Made by a program: the position numbers and the translations under genes
Assembly: GCA_045658315.1 (NCBI GenBank)
Contig: JAZOUV010000064.1
Span: 1 to 53,067, forward strand
DNA length: 53,067 nucleotides
Source: Eubacteriales bacterium
Lineage (GTDB): Bacteria > Bacillota > Clostridia > Oscillospirales > CAG-272
Direction: 5' to 3'
The notes under the pieces: model-generated
The model's database searches: none
Told to the model about the DNA's origin: nothing
Seen by the model: the letters and a program-made list of their open reading frames with translations, nothing else
In this document: in pieces, positions 9,894 through 20,167 of the stretch
Position numbering within the stretch: the stretch's first letter is position 1
Layout of the letters: each line of letters starts with the position of its first letter

Positions 9894-10933
9894 AAAGAAA
9901 CAAAATCACAGCAATCATTATGGCAGTAATTATGACACTTTCCCTCTTTTTATTTGCGTCTTGTGCAAATGACACCCCAGACGTTAATGCAAATGAAACA
10001 AAGGGAGAAACAACACCAAACGAAACAAAAGAAGAAATAAAAGAAGAAAAACCCGAAAGTATTCGCGTTATAACCCTTGCAGGTCCTACAGGTATGGGCA
10101 TGGCAAAGCTTATCGAAGACGATACAAACGGCAAAACGGCTTACAACTATGAATTTACCATAGCGTCTGCACCCGACCAGGTCAATCCCGAAGTGCTAAA
10201 GGGTAATTACGATATTGCGGCAGTTCCTGTAAACCTTGCTTCCGTTCTGTATAACAAGACCGAAGGCAAGCTTCAGGTTGCGGGTATCAACACCCTCGGC
10301 GTTTTATATATATTAGAAAACGGCAACACGATAAACAGCGTTGCTGACTTAAAGGGCAAAACCATTTACGCAACCGGTCAAGGCTCGAATCCCGAATACG
10401 TTCTCCGTTACATTTTAACAAAGAACAACATCGACCCCGACAAAGACGTAACTATAGAATTTCTTGCAGAACACGCAGAACTTGCAACCAAGCTCAAGAA
10501 CAATTCGGTAGCAATCGGTATGCTTCCCGAGCCGCAGGTAACTTCGGCAACAACGGGAAGTACGGTAAGAATAGCCCTTGATTTGACAAAAGAATGGGAT
10601 AAGGTATCCGACTTCAAGTTGGTGCAAGGCTGTATAATCGTAAGAAACGAATTTGCGGACAAATATCCTACCGCACTTGCAAAGTTCCTTGAAGAATATA
10701 AGGCTTCCGTTGATTATGTAAACAACAATATTGACGAAGCTTCGGCACTTATCGAAAAGGCAGGAATTGTTCCCAAGGCTGCAATTGCAAAAAAGGCTAT
10801 CCCAAATTGCAATATCTGCTTAGTAACAGGCTACGAAATGAAGACCTCCGTTTCCCAAATGCTCAACGTTCTTTTTGAGGCAAACAAGGCCTCTGTAGGC
10901 GGAAAGCTCCCCGATGATGAATTCTATTATTAA
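9890..10933 (+). CDS. ABC transporter substrate-binding lipoprotein (NitT/TauT/SsuA-like)
   Basis: Lipobox FASC, GPTGMGM, DIAAVPVNLAS, SVADLKGKTI and LPEPQVT. Confidence 0.88.
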   Translation: MKRNKITAIIMAVIMTLSLFLFASCANDTPDVNANETKGETTPNETKEEIKEEKPESIRVITLAGPTGMGMAKLIEDDTNGKTAYNYEFTIASAPDQVNPEVLKGNYDIAAVPVNLASVLYNKTEGKLQVAGINTLGVLYILENGNTINSVADLKGKTIYATGQGSNPEYVLRYILTKNNIDPDKDVTIEFLAEHAELATKLKNNSVAIGMLPEPQVTSATTGSTVRIALDLTKEWDKVSDFKLVQGCIIVRNEFADKYPTALAKFLEEYKASVDYVNNNIDEASALIEKAGIVPKAAIAKKAIPNCNICLVTGYEMKTSVSQMLNVLFEANKASVGGKLPDDEFYY

Positions 10934-11693
10934 AAAAACACCAAAAGTCGCAAGGACTGTCGCAGTCCTTGCGTTTTGGGTTATAGTTTGGCAAATAATC
11001 GCTATAAAGGTTGATTCAGCGGTTTTAGTGTCCACTCCTGCCGAGGTATCAAAACGCTTGATTCAGCTTATGGGCGAAAAAGAATATTACGTTATAATTT
11101 CAAGCACCGTATTGCGTATACTTTCAGGCTTTCTTATTGCCGTAGGAATCGGTACTGTTCTGGGCATAATTACAGCAAAAATAAAAATACTTGACGAGAT
11201 TTTCGCACCCATTCTTTCGGTAATAAAAGCGACCCCCGTAGCATCGTTTATTATATTGGCATTAGTGTGGCTCAATAAAGAGACTATTCCCTCTTTTATA
11301 TCGTTTTTAATGGTACTTCCGATAATTCACGGCAACGTATGTGAAGGGCTAAAAAACACGCCAACCGACCTCATAGAGATGTCGAAGATTTATAACCTCT
11401 CACTGAAGCACAGACTGACAAAGCTTTATCTGCCGTCTATACTCCCCTACTTTTCGGCGGGTTTTAAGACGTCGCTCGGACTTGCTTGGAAAGCGGGCGT
11501 TGCGGCAGAAGTACTGTCATTCCCCAAAAACTCTATAGGCAAACAGCTTTACGAGGGAAAGACATATCTTGAAACGGCAGACGTGTTCGTATGGACCGTA
11601 ACCGTTATAGTAATAAGCGTTATTCTTGAATTTTTGCTTATGCAGACTTTTAAAAGACTCACCTCACGCAAAAGGGGGGCGAACAACTTATGA
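10914..11693 (+). CDS. ABC transporter permease (NitT/TauT family)
   Basis: Multiple TM segments; ATPVASFII and GLAWKAGVAAE motifs. Confidence 0.9.
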   Translation: MMNSIIKKTPKVARTVAVLAFWVIVWQIIAIKVDSAVLVSTPAEVSKRLIQLMGEKEYYVIISSTVLRILSGFLIAVGIGTVLGIITAKIKILDEIFAPILSVIKATPVASFIILALVWLNKETIPSFISFLMVLPIIHGNVCEGLKNTPTDLIEMSKIYNLSLKHRLTKLYLPSILPYFSAGFKTSLGLAWKAGVAAEVLSFPKNSIGKQLYEGKTYLETADVFVWTVTVIVISVILEFLLMQTFKRLTSRKRGANNL

Positions 11694-12259
11694 AGATAAC
11701 CAACCTTTCAAAGAGATTCGGCAAGAAGATACTGTTCAACAATTTTTCTCTCGATATTCCCGACAGAGGAATAATTGCAATAAAAGGCGAGTCAGGGTGC
11801 GGCAAAACAACGCTTATGCGAATTATAGCGGGACTTGACAAGAAGTATTCGGGAAAGATAGAATACGGAAATATAAAGAAGATATCTTACGTATTCCAAG
11901 AACCTCGACTGTTGCCGAGCTGTACCGCACTCGAAAACGCAGCTCTGCCGTTGGGAAATACCGAAGAGGCTAAAAACACAGCAAAGACGTGGCTGACAAA
12001 GTTAGGCCTTGAAGATGATTTAAACACATATCCCGACGAGCTTTCAGGCGGTATGAAAATGCGTGTTGCACTTGCAAGAGCCTTTGCATACGACGGCGAC
12101 ATACTGTTGCTCGACGAAGCATTTAACGGCATAGATGCAGACAGAACAAAAGCTATTATGGATATAGTAATCGACTACTCAAAGAAAAAGCCATGCTTTG
12201 TTGTAACACACAACCGTGAACAACTCGATTATTTGCAATGTAAAACAGTGAATATATAA
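11690..12259 (+). CDS. ABC transporter ATP-binding protein
   Basis: Walker A GESGCGKTT, signature LSGGM, Walker B LLLDEAF and H-loop VTH. Confidence 0.93.
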   Translation: MKITNLSKRFGKKILFNNFSLDIPDRGIIAIKGESGCGKTTLMRIIAGLDKKYSGKIEYGNIKKISYVFQEPRLLPSCTALENAALPLGNTEEAKNTAKTWLTKLGLEDDLNTYPDELSGGMKMRVALARAFAYDGDILLLDEAFNGIDADRTKAIMDIVIDYSKKKPCFVVTHNREQLDYLQCKTVNI

Positions 12260-12267
12260 ACAAAAGC

Positions 12268-12330
12268 GGGAGACGAAGGGCGTGATGTTCTTAACGGACA
12301 TTACGCCCTTCGCCTCCCCTTTTCTTTTTT
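12268..12330 (+). terminator. Intrinsic terminator of the ABC operon
   Basis: Long stem GGGAGACGAAGGGCGTGATGT...ACATTACGCCCTTCGCCTCCC followed by a T-tract. Confidence 0.8.
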
Positions 12331-12585
12331 TAAAAGCATTGCACATAATACCGTATCGGCAATTCACGAATCGCCCGCAGTTTCGTATATCCGTATTTAT
12401 TAATTTTTTCGGGAAGAATTTCCCCTGCCGAAGATTTGACAATTTTATTATTTTAAATTATAATATTATTAAAAATAGTGGAAATTTTATTATTTCTATG
12501 TTATAATACATTGTTAATAAGATATGCGTGTACCCATATCGGGCATATTACAAAAAACGTCCGCCGTAAAAACAAGGAGAACTAA

Positions 12586-15012
12586 ATGATAAGATACATA
12601 GAAAAAGCAGAAAAAATGACATTACAGCTCGTGATACTCAGAGGAATAACCGTATTCCCCTCTATTCCGCAGAGCGTTGAAATATCGGACAAATCCGCCA
12701 AAAAGGCATGTATTTTCGCCAAAGAAATAGACGAACCCGTTTTTCTTATATCGCCTAAAGATATAGCAAATAAAAAATGCGACAAGGCAGAAGATTTTGA
12801 AAAAGTAGGTACCGCGGCTAAAGTAAAAGACTACCTTAAGCTTCCAAACGGCAATCTGCGAATCGTTTTTGACGGCTTTTGCCGTGCCTCTCTGCTTTCG
12901 TTGAACATCAAGGGAGATAAGCTTTTTGCAGATACCCTCTGCAAAAAAATAACCGCCGAAAATGAAGCGGGTATAAAAGGCGAGGCTCTTATAAGAGAAA
13001 CGATGCAAAACTTCGAGAAGTTTGCAAAGTTTATCCCCAACCTTTCGGAAGATATTAAGCTGTCGGTAAAAACCATAAAATCTCTTGGATTCCTTGCCGA
13101 CTACATTGCGTGTAACCTGTTCACCTCAATAGAGGATAAGCAAAATATTCTTAATGAATTTGACCCCTTCAAGCGTCTCGAGTTATTAAACGTTATAATG
13201 GAAAAAGAGACCAAAATATTTGAGACCGAGCTCTCGGTTCACAAAAAGGTCATTTCAAGACTTGAATCTAACCAAAGGGAGCATTACCTGCGTGAACAAA
13301 TGAGAGTTATTCAAGGGGAACTCGGCTACGGCGACGGAGACAACGAAATTGAAGACTATCTTGATGCAATATACGGAAAAAAACTCCCAAAAGAAATTGA
13401 AACAAAGCTGGTAAAAGAAGTTTATAAGCTACAAAAAACGCCCTTCGGCTCTGCTGAAAGTGCAGTTATCCGAACATATCTTGACACCTGCATTGAGCTT
13501 CCCTGGACAAAAGCAACAAAGGACAGACTTGACACGGTATATGCAAGAAAAATACTTGACCGCGACCATGACGGACTCGAAAAAGTAAAGGAAAGAATAA
13601 TCGAATATCTGTCCGTAAAACAGCTTAACCCTGAATTAAAGAACCAAATTATTTGCCTTGTAGGTCCTCCCGGAACGGGTAAGACCTCGGTTGCTCAGTC
13701 TATTGCAACGGCAATGAACCGCAAATATGTACGTGTTGCATTAGGCGGTATAAGAGACGAGGCAGATATCAGAGGACACAGAAAGACATACGTCGGTGCT
13801 ATGCCCGGCAGAATTATAAATGCAATAAGCCAGGCAAAAGTACGCAATCCGCTTATCCTTCTTGACGAGGTTGATAAGCTGACTCGCGACAGCCACGGAG
13901 ACCCCTCTTCCGCCCTTCTTGAAGTTCTTGACGGCGAACAGAATAAGAATTTCCGCGACCATTTTGTCGAGCTTCCCTTTGACCTCTCCGAATGTGTATT
14001 TATTGCAACAGCAAACACGCTTGACACCATTCCGAAGCCACTGCTCGACAGAATGGAAGTAATTGAGCTTCAGATATATACGCGTACCGAAAAACTCTCA
14101 ATTGCAAAAAATCACCTTGTTCCAAAACAGCTTAAAAGGCACGGTCTTGCAAAAAAACACTTGCGTTTTGACGACAGTGCAATTTTGGAAATTGCCGATT
14201 TTTATACCCGAGAAGCAGGTGTACGTAATCTTGAAAGAGAAATAGCGTCCGTATGCCGAAAAGCTGCTAAGAAAATTGTTGAAGACGGCATCACCGCCAT
14301 TCGCCTTACCGATAAAAACATTGTTGATTATCTGGGCGGCAGAAAGGTTATTCCCGATTCTGTATACGAGCACGACGAAATAGGAACCGTGAACGGACTT
14401 GCATATACTTCGGTAGGCGGCGACCTTTTGCGAATTGAGGCAACAACTATGCCCGGAACAGGCAAGATTGAGCTTACCGGTTCGCTCGGCGATGTTATGA
14501 AAGAATCGGCTAAAGCGGCTGTAAGCTACATCAGAAGCAACTGTGAAGCTTTAGGCGTTGACCCCGATTTCTATAAAACCAAAGACATACATATCCACGT
14601 TCCCGAAGGTGCAGTCCCCAAAGACGGCCCGTCGGCAGGCGTTTCTCTTACGACAGCACTTCTCAGTGAGCTTACTCAAAGAAAGGTACGTCGCGACGTT
14701 GCTATGACTGGTGAAATAACCCTCCGAGGCAGAGTTCTTGCCATAGGCGGACTTCGCGAAAAAACCATGGCAGCATACAAAGCAGGAGTCAAGACAGTAC
14801 TTATCCCCGCAGATAACGCAAAAGACCTTGAAGAATTAGATAAAGCCGCAAGAAACGGACTTGAAATAATTCTTTGCTCCACTCTTGACGACGTAATCAA
14901 AAATGCCTTCGCCCAAGAAAAGTTATCAAAAAACACGGTTCTTGAAAATTTCAAGAACAACACTTGTTTAGATATCCCCGAAACTCAATCACGTGCAACG
15001 AGGCCTGTATGA
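12586..15012 (+). CDS. lon: ATP-dependent protease La
   Basis: DHDGLEKVKERI, GPPGTGKTS, IRGHRKTYVGAMPG, PKDGPSAG (catalytic Ser) and IGGLREK (catalytic Lys). Confidence 0.97.
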   Translation: MIRYIEKAEKMTLQLVILRGITVFPSIPQSVEISDKSAKKACIFAKEIDEPVFLISPKDIANKKCDKAEDFEKVGTAAKVKDYLKLPNGNLRIVFDGFCRASLLSLNIKGDKLFADTLCKKITAENEAGIKGEALIRETMQNFEKFAKFIPNLSEDIKLSVKTIKSLGFLADYIACNLFTSIEDKQNILNEFDPFKRLELLNVIMEKETKIFETELSVHKKVISRLESNQREHYLREQMRVIQGELGYGDGDNEIEDYLDAIYGKKLPKEIETKLVKEVYKLQKTPFGSAESAVIRTYLDTCIELPWTKATKDRLDTVYARKILDRDHDGLEKVKERIIEYLSVKQLNPELKNQIICLVGPPGTGKTSVAQSIATAMNRKYVRVALGGIRDEADIRGHRKTYVGAMPGRIINAISQAKVRNPLILLDEVDKLTRDSHGDPSSALLEVLDGEQNKNFRDHFVELPFDLSECVFIATANTLDTIPKPLLDRMEVIELQIYTRTEKLSIAKNHLVPKQLKRHGLAKKHLRFDDSAILEIADFYTREAGVRNLEREIASVCRKAAKKIVEDGITAIRLTDKNIVDYLGGRKVIPDSVYEHDEIGTVNGLAYTSVGGDLLRIEATTMPGTGKIELTGSLGDVMKESAKAAVSYIRSNCEALGVDPDFYKTKDIHIHVPEGAVPKDGPSAGVSLTTALLSELTQRKVRRDVAMTGEITLRGRVLAIGGLREKTMAAYKAGVKTVLIPADNAKDLEELDKAARNGLEIILCSTLDDVIKNAFAQEKLSKNTVLENFKNNTCLDIPETQSRATRPV

Positions 15013-15620
15013 AGCTGAATATCCAAAACTCTAATCTTGAAATAACAGCAGGAACCACAAAGCAGTTTCCTGCCTACTCCATACCGCAAATCGCCTTTTC
15101 GGGCAGATCCAACGTCGGAAAAAGTTCACTTATAAACACACTGCTCGGCAGAAAGAAGCTTGCCCGTGTCAGCTCAGCCCCCGGCAAGACGATTACGGTC
15201 AATTTCTACTCGGTAGACAAAAAGCTATACCTTGTTGACCTTCCCGGATACGGATACGCAAAACGAAGTACAGAAGACAAAAAAAGATGGTCTGCTCTTA
15301 CAGACGGATTTTTCACCGCACGTAGCGAGGGTGATTACTCGCTTAAAGCGGTTGCCCAGCTTATAGATATGAAAGCGGGACCTACTGCGGACGATGAAAT
15401 GATGCTTGACTATCTTAACACTGTCGGTATTCCCTATTTTATAGTTGTTACCAAATCAGACAAGACAAACAAGACCGACAGAAACAAAATGCTTGAATAT
15501 ATCAAAACACACCCCTCTGTCAAAGAAGGTACTCCCATAATCCCCTTTTCCTCGTTGAAAAACGAGGGCAAGGACGAGGTTTGGGCACAGATAATAAACT
15601 TCTGCGACACAGCTCGATAA
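15009..15620 (+). CDS. engB: Ribosome biogenesis GTPase YsxC/EngB
   Basis: GRSNVGKSSLIN, DLPGYGYA and TKSDK; the ATG at 15009 overlaps the lon stop (ATGA). Confidence 0.95.
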   Translation: MKLNIQNSNLEITAGTTKQFPAYSIPQIAFSGRSNVGKSSLINTLLGRKKLARVSSAPGKTITVNFYSVDKKLYLVDLPGYGYAKRSTEDKKRWSALTDGFFTARSEGDYSLKAVAQLIDMKAGPTADDEMMLDYLNTVGIPYFIVVTKSDKTNKTDRNKMLEYIKTHPSVKEGTPIIPFSSLKNEGKDEVWAQIINFCDTAR

Positions 15621-15636
15621 CAAAACGGAGATTATT

Positions 15637-16932
15637 ATGTTACATCAAAATTTAGGAATAAACCAAAAGAACCGCCTCACATTTTGCGGTTATGATACCG
15701 TAGAGCTTGCAAAAGAATACGGCACTCCCGCTTATATTATGGACGAAGACCTTATAAGAGAAAATTGCAGGGTATATAAAACCGCCCTTGAAAGAAATTT
15801 CGGAGAAGGCAGTATGCCTCTTTACGCAAGCAAAGCTTTTTCTTGCAAGAAAATATATGAAATTGCAAAAGAAGAAGGCATAGGCTGTGACGTTGTTTCA
15901 AGCGGTGAGCTTTATACCGCTTATAAGGCAGGCTTCGATATGGAGAATGTCTATTTTCACGGAAACAACAAAACAGAAAAAGATATTGAATTTGCATTGG
16001 ATTGCAAATTAGGCTATTTTGTTGTCGATAATAACGAAGAACTTATCGAAGTCAACAGCCAAGCGGGCGGAAGAAATATCAAGCAAAAAATACTGCTCCG
16101 TATCACTCCGGGAATCGACCCTCATACACACAAGGCTGTTATTACGGGAAACGTTGATTCTAAATTTGGTTCGGCTATTGAAACAGGTCAGGCTATGGCT
16201 ATTGTAAAAAACGCCCTAAGCCTTGCCAACATTGACCTTTGCGGTATTCATTGCCATATAGGCTCACAGATATTTGAATGTGAACCGTTTACGGATGCGG
16301 CTGAAATTATGATTAAATTCCTAAAACAGATAAAAGACGAAACAGGTTACGAAATTAAGATACTCAACCTCGGCGGCGGTATGGGTGTACGCTATATTGA
16401 AGAAGACCCCGTTATTGACTACGGCAAAAACATTGACAAAATTGCCGAAAAGATTAAAACCTATGCATTAAAAAACGGTATTAATATGCCGACTATCCTT
16501 ATGGAGCCCGGCCGTTCACTCGTTGCGGCGGCAGGAATTACACTTTACACCGTAGGCAGTGTTAAAGAGATTCCCGGCTTCAAAAAATACGTATCCGTTG
16601 ACGGCGGTATGCCCGACAATCCGAGATATGCTCTGTATCAGTCCATCTACACCTGTATGCTTGCAAACAAAGCGGCTGACAAAGCCGACTACAACTGCAC
16701 GGTCGCGGGAAGATGCTGTGAAAGCGGAGACCTCATTGCAGAAAACACCAAGATTGCCAATCCCGTAAAGGGCGATATTCTCGCTGTACTTTGCACGGGT
16801 GCATACAACTACTCTATGGCTTCAAACTACAACAGACTTCCCCGTCCGCCCGTAGTTATGGTGTCAAAGAACAAAAAATACATTGCCGTAGCAAGAGAAA
16901 GCTACGATGATTTAATAAGGAACGATATATGA
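15637..16932 (+). CDS. lysA: Diaminopimelate decarboxylase
   Basis: YASKAF (PLP Lys), SKFG, HCHIGSQ, EPGRS, CESGD and GAYNYSMASNYN. Confidence 0.96.
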   Translation: MLHQNLGINQKNRLTFCGYDTVELAKEYGTPAYIMDEDLIRENCRVYKTALERNFGEGSMPLYASKAFSCKKIYEIAKEEGIGCDVVSSGELYTAYKAGFDMENVYFHGNNKTEKDIEFALDCKLGYFVVDNNEELIEVNSQAGGRNIKQKILLRITPGIDPHTHKAVITGNVDSKFGSAIETGQAMAIVKNALSLANIDLCGIHCHIGSQIFECEPFTDAAEIMIKFLKQIKDETGYEIKILNLGGGMGVRYIEEDPVIDYGKNIDKIAEKIKTYALKNGINMPTILMEPGRSLVAAAGITLYTVGSVKEIPGFKKYVSVDGGMPDNPRYALYQSIYTCMLANKAADKADYNCTVAGRCCESGDLIAENTKIANPVKGDILAVLCTGAYNYSMASNYNRLPRPPVVMVSKNKKYIAVARESYDDLIRNDI

Positions 16933-17612
16933 TTACAAGTATACTTTCGGGTAATTTTGACCCCATTCTTTTGCTGCTGCGTATTCCGATAGTTCTTCTC
17001 TCCCTCTCCCTCCACGAATGTGCCCACGGCTATGCAGCCTACAAAATGGGTGACCCGACCGCCAAAATGTTCGGCAGAATTACTTTAAATCCCCTGAAAC
17101 ACCTTGACATTATGGGAACATTATGTATGTTTCTGTTCGGCTTCGGTTGGGCAAAGCCCGTTCCCGTAAACGCAAGAAGATTTAACAATCCAAAAAAAGG
17201 TATGGCTCTCACTGCGGCAGCAGGTCCTATATCAAACGTATTACTCGCGTTGGTGGGACTTATCGTTTACAATATTATCCTGCAAAACTATGCTCTTTTT
17301 GCAGGTTCGGAATTTGCCGCAAATCTTTATTACGTATTGTTGCTTTTTTTCATAAGCCTTCACTATATGAATCTATCCCTCGCAGTATTTAACCTTATTC
17401 CCGTTCCGCCCCTTGACGGCTCACGCTTGGCATTTATATTCCTGCCCAATAAGCTGTATTTTAAATTTATGAAATACGAGCAGATTATACAGATAATTAT
17501 TATAGTAGCACTCTTTACGGGATTACTTGACACACCTCTTACCTTTATAGTATCGGGATTATCGAACGGTATGCAATATATTATTAATTTGATTATAGGA
17601 CTATTCGTATGA
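16929..17612 (+). CDS. Site-2 protease (M50) family membrane metalloprotease
   Basis: HECAH, GWAKPVPVN, AAGPISN and FNLIPVPPLDG. Confidence 0.93.
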   Translation: MITSILSGNFDPILLLLRIPIVLLSLSLHECAHGYAAYKMGDPTAKMFGRITLNPLKHLDIMGTLCMFLFGFGWAKPVPVNARRFNNPKKGMALTAAAGPISNVLLALVGLIVYNIILQNYALFAGSEFAANLYYVLLLFFISLHYMNLSLAVFNLIPVPPLDGSRLAFIFLPNKLYFKFMKYEQIIQIIIIVALFTGLLDTPLTFIVSGLSNGMQYIINLIIGLFV

Positions 17613-18367
17613 CAGAAGTAACACCGAAATATAAGCTTGAGGTATTTGAAGGACCTCTCGACCTCTTGCTTTCACTGATTTCTAAAAACAAAATTGATAT
17701 TTGCGATATTCCAATATCCCTTATCCTCGATCAGTATATGGAATATCTGTCCATGATGGAAAAAATGGATATGGATATAGCGGGTGAATTTATTTCTATG
17801 GCGTCAGAGCTTATGCTTATCAAAAGCCGTATGCTCTTTCCCAAGCAGGACGAGGAAGACCCCGAAGACCCGAGAGCCGCACTTGCCGCCGCCCTGCTTG
17901 AATATAAAAAAGCAAAAGAAGCGGCAATTTTACTTAACGGTATGTTCTCCGAATATTCGGGCAGATTTGCAAAAGAAAGCGACGTTTTCCCGGTAAGACG
18001 CGATGAACAGCCTACCGATATGGACTCAGCCTTATTGCAAAAAGCATTCGTGAGGCTTATAAACAGAAGTAAACTTTATTCGGCTCCGCCCGAAAAGGTA
18101 TTCGCTCCCCTTCTTCGCGGACGAATGGTGTCTGTATCAGAAAAGATACTTTCCATTATGAAAAGGCTCCGCAAACAAGGCAGAGATTCATTTGATAACA
18201 TTATGCTGCTTTGTGAAAACCGCTCGGAGCTTGTTGCCTCTTTTATGGCAATACTTGAACTTGCAAAGTCAAGAAGAATTGAGCTTGAAGAAACCGAAAG
18301 CGGTGAACTTGACATTATACTCAATACTCACTCCAACCGAAAGGCAGTAAATGAAAATGCAGAATGA
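17609..18367 (+). CDS. scpA: Segregation and condensation protein A
   Basis: FEGPLDLLLSLI, LIKSRML and SFMAILEL. Confidence 0.93.
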   Translation: MTEVTPKYKLEVFEGPLDLLLSLISKNKIDICDIPISLILDQYMEYLSMMEKMDMDIAGEFISMASELMLIKSRMLFPKQDEEDPEDPRAALAAALLEYKKAKEAAILLNGMFSEYSGRFAKESDVFPVRRDEQPTDMDSALLQKAFVRLINRSKLYSAPPEKVFAPLLRGRMVSVSEKILSIMKRLRKQGRDSFDNIMLLCENRSELVASFMAILELAKSRRIELEETESGELDIILNTHSNRKAVNENAE

Positions 18368-18935
18368 ACTCAACACTTCAAAAAGCTTTGAAATAATCGA
18401 AGCGGTACTCTATGCCGCAGGCCACCCCGTTTCATACGACAAGCTTGCAGATATTCTTGAAACTACACCTGCAGTTGCAAAAAAATTAGTCGAAGAATAC
18501 AGCGAAACGTATAATAACGGCAATATGCCGCGAGGTGTTCAGCTTATTATGTTTGACAAAGCCTGTCAGCTTTGCACCAAAAGCGACTATGAAGCCTACG
18601 TAAAGATGGCATTGGGAATAAAACAAGGCAGAGGTAATCTGTCCAACTCTTCCCTTGAAGTTCTTGCAATCATTGCATACCACCAACCCGTAACACGTGC
18701 CTACATAGATCAAGTCAGAGGGCTTGACAGCTCATATTCCGTAGCTCTTCTTCTCGAAAAGAATCTTATCGAGAAAAAAGGCAGACTTGACGTTCCCGGA
18801 CGTCCCTCACTTTACGGCACAACCCTTGATTTTCTCCGTTGCTTCGGTCTTACATCGCTCGACCAGCTTCCATCGGTAGAAATGCTGACACTTGATGTAA
18901 ACGAAGAAGAAGTAGTAGAAGAAGGGAAAGAATAA
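18351..18935 (+). CDS. scpB: Segregation and condensation protein B
   Basis: IEAVLYA, LEVLAIIAYHQPVTR and PGRPSLYGTTLDFLRCFGL. Confidence 0.95.
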   Translation: MKMQNELNTSKSFEIIEAVLYAAGHPVSYDKLADILETTPAVAKKLVEEYSETYNNGNMPRGVQLIMFDKACQLCTKSDYEAYVKMALGIKQGRGNLSNSSLEVLAIIAYHQPVTRAYIDQVRGLDSSYSVALLLEKNLIEKKGRLDVPGRPSLYGTTLDFLRCFGLTSLDQLPSVEMLTLDVNEEEVVEEGKE

Positions 18936-18968
18936 AGAAGAGAAAAAAATGAAAGGAGGACTGCACAT

Positions 18969-19634
18969 ATGTGGTGGCTTATATTACTTATACCTATAGC
19001 TATACTTGTCCTTCTTCTATTTTTGAAGGTTAAGCTTTGCATTGTCTACGAAGATGATTTTTCGGTAAAGGTAAAACTTTTGCTATTCAACATTCCGATT
19101 TACCCACGTCCGCAAAAAAAGCCAAAACCTAAAGACTATTCGATAAAGGCATTACAAAAAAAACAAAAAAAGCTAAACAAAAAGGCATTAAAGCAACAAA
19201 AGAAGTCTGAGATGCAACCACAAGCCAAGGAAGCTCCGCAAAAGGACAAGGCTACGAAGATAAAAGAAATTCTTGAAATTATAAAGCTTGTGCTTGACAA
19301 CGTAATGTCGCCCTTCGGACGTTATCTTAAGGTAGAAATCATAAATATTCATATAACCGTAGGGAACGATGACCCGGCAAAGACAGCCGTCATTTACGGC
19401 GGTATTTGTCAGCTCGTTGCATACATCGTTGAATTATTCTCTAACCTCACTAATGTTGATGTAAAAAAAAGCAACAGTATTACTGTTAAACCCGATTTTT
19501 TGGAAGGTAAAACAGATGCAAAAATTAACATCACCTTAGGATTAAGAGTGTGGCATAGTCTTTCACTTGCCTTTAAGTTTTTTATGGCATATATAAAAAA
19601 GAAAAATCAAAAAACCACAGCAACAAAAAATTAA
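18969..19634 (+). CDS. DUF2953/YtfI-like membrane-anchored protein
   Basis: N-terminal TM segment, GNDDPAKTAVIYG motif and PDF motif; directly upstream of ytfJ. Confidence 0.75.
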   Translation: MWWLILLIPIAILVLLLFLKVKLCIVYEDDFSVKVKLLLFNIPIYPRPQKKPKPKDYSIKALQKKQKKLNKKALKQQKKSEMQPQAKEAPQKDKATKIKEILEIIKLVLDNVMSPFGRYLKVEIINIHITVGNDDPAKTAVIYGGICQLVAYIVELFSNLTNVDVKKSNSITVKPDFLEGKTDAKINITLGLRVWHSLSLAFKFFMAYIKKKNQKTTATKN

Positions 19635-19669
19635 ATTATTAAATATATTTATATATCAGGAGGAACACT

Positions 19670-20077
19670 ATGGACAGCAAACAGAACGATATTATCAAAA
19701 CCACTCTCGACAGTATCAAAGGCATCGTTGAAACCAATACAGTTATTGGTGATCCCGTTACAACTGCGGGCGGCGTTACCATTATTCCCGTATCAAAAGT
19801 ATCTATGGGCTTTGCCTCAGGCGGACTTGATTACGCTTCAAAAAAAGAACAAAACGAAAAAAACAATAACTTTGGCGGAGGTTCGGGAACAGGCGTTTCG
19901 GTTACGCCTATGGCATTTTTAGTTATCAAGCCCGATTCAACGATTGAACTGCTCAGTATGTCTACCCCCGATACGACTACCAACAAAATAGCAACCGTTG
20001 GCAATATTATTGAAAAATCGCCCGACATACTCGAAAAAATTAAAAACGTTTTCAAAAAAGAAGATAAAGGCGAATAA
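19670..20077 (+). CDS. ytfJ: Sporulation protein YtfJ/GerW
   Basis: NTVIGDP, IIPVSKVSMGFASGG and FGGGSGTGVSVTPMAFLV. Confidence 0.93.
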   Translation: MDSKQNDIIKTTLDSIKGIVETNTVIGDPVTTAGGVTIIPVSKVSMGFASGGLDYASKKEQNEKNNNFGGGSGTGVSVTPMAFLVIKPDSTIELLSMSTPDTTTNKIATVGNIIEKSPDILEKIKNVFKKEDKGE

Positions 20078-20167
20078 GCAAACTGTTTCCATATTCTTTT
20101 TTGCATACAAATTGCACCCGATTGAAATAAATATTACTAAAGATATTTGTTTTAAACGGAGTGTTAT

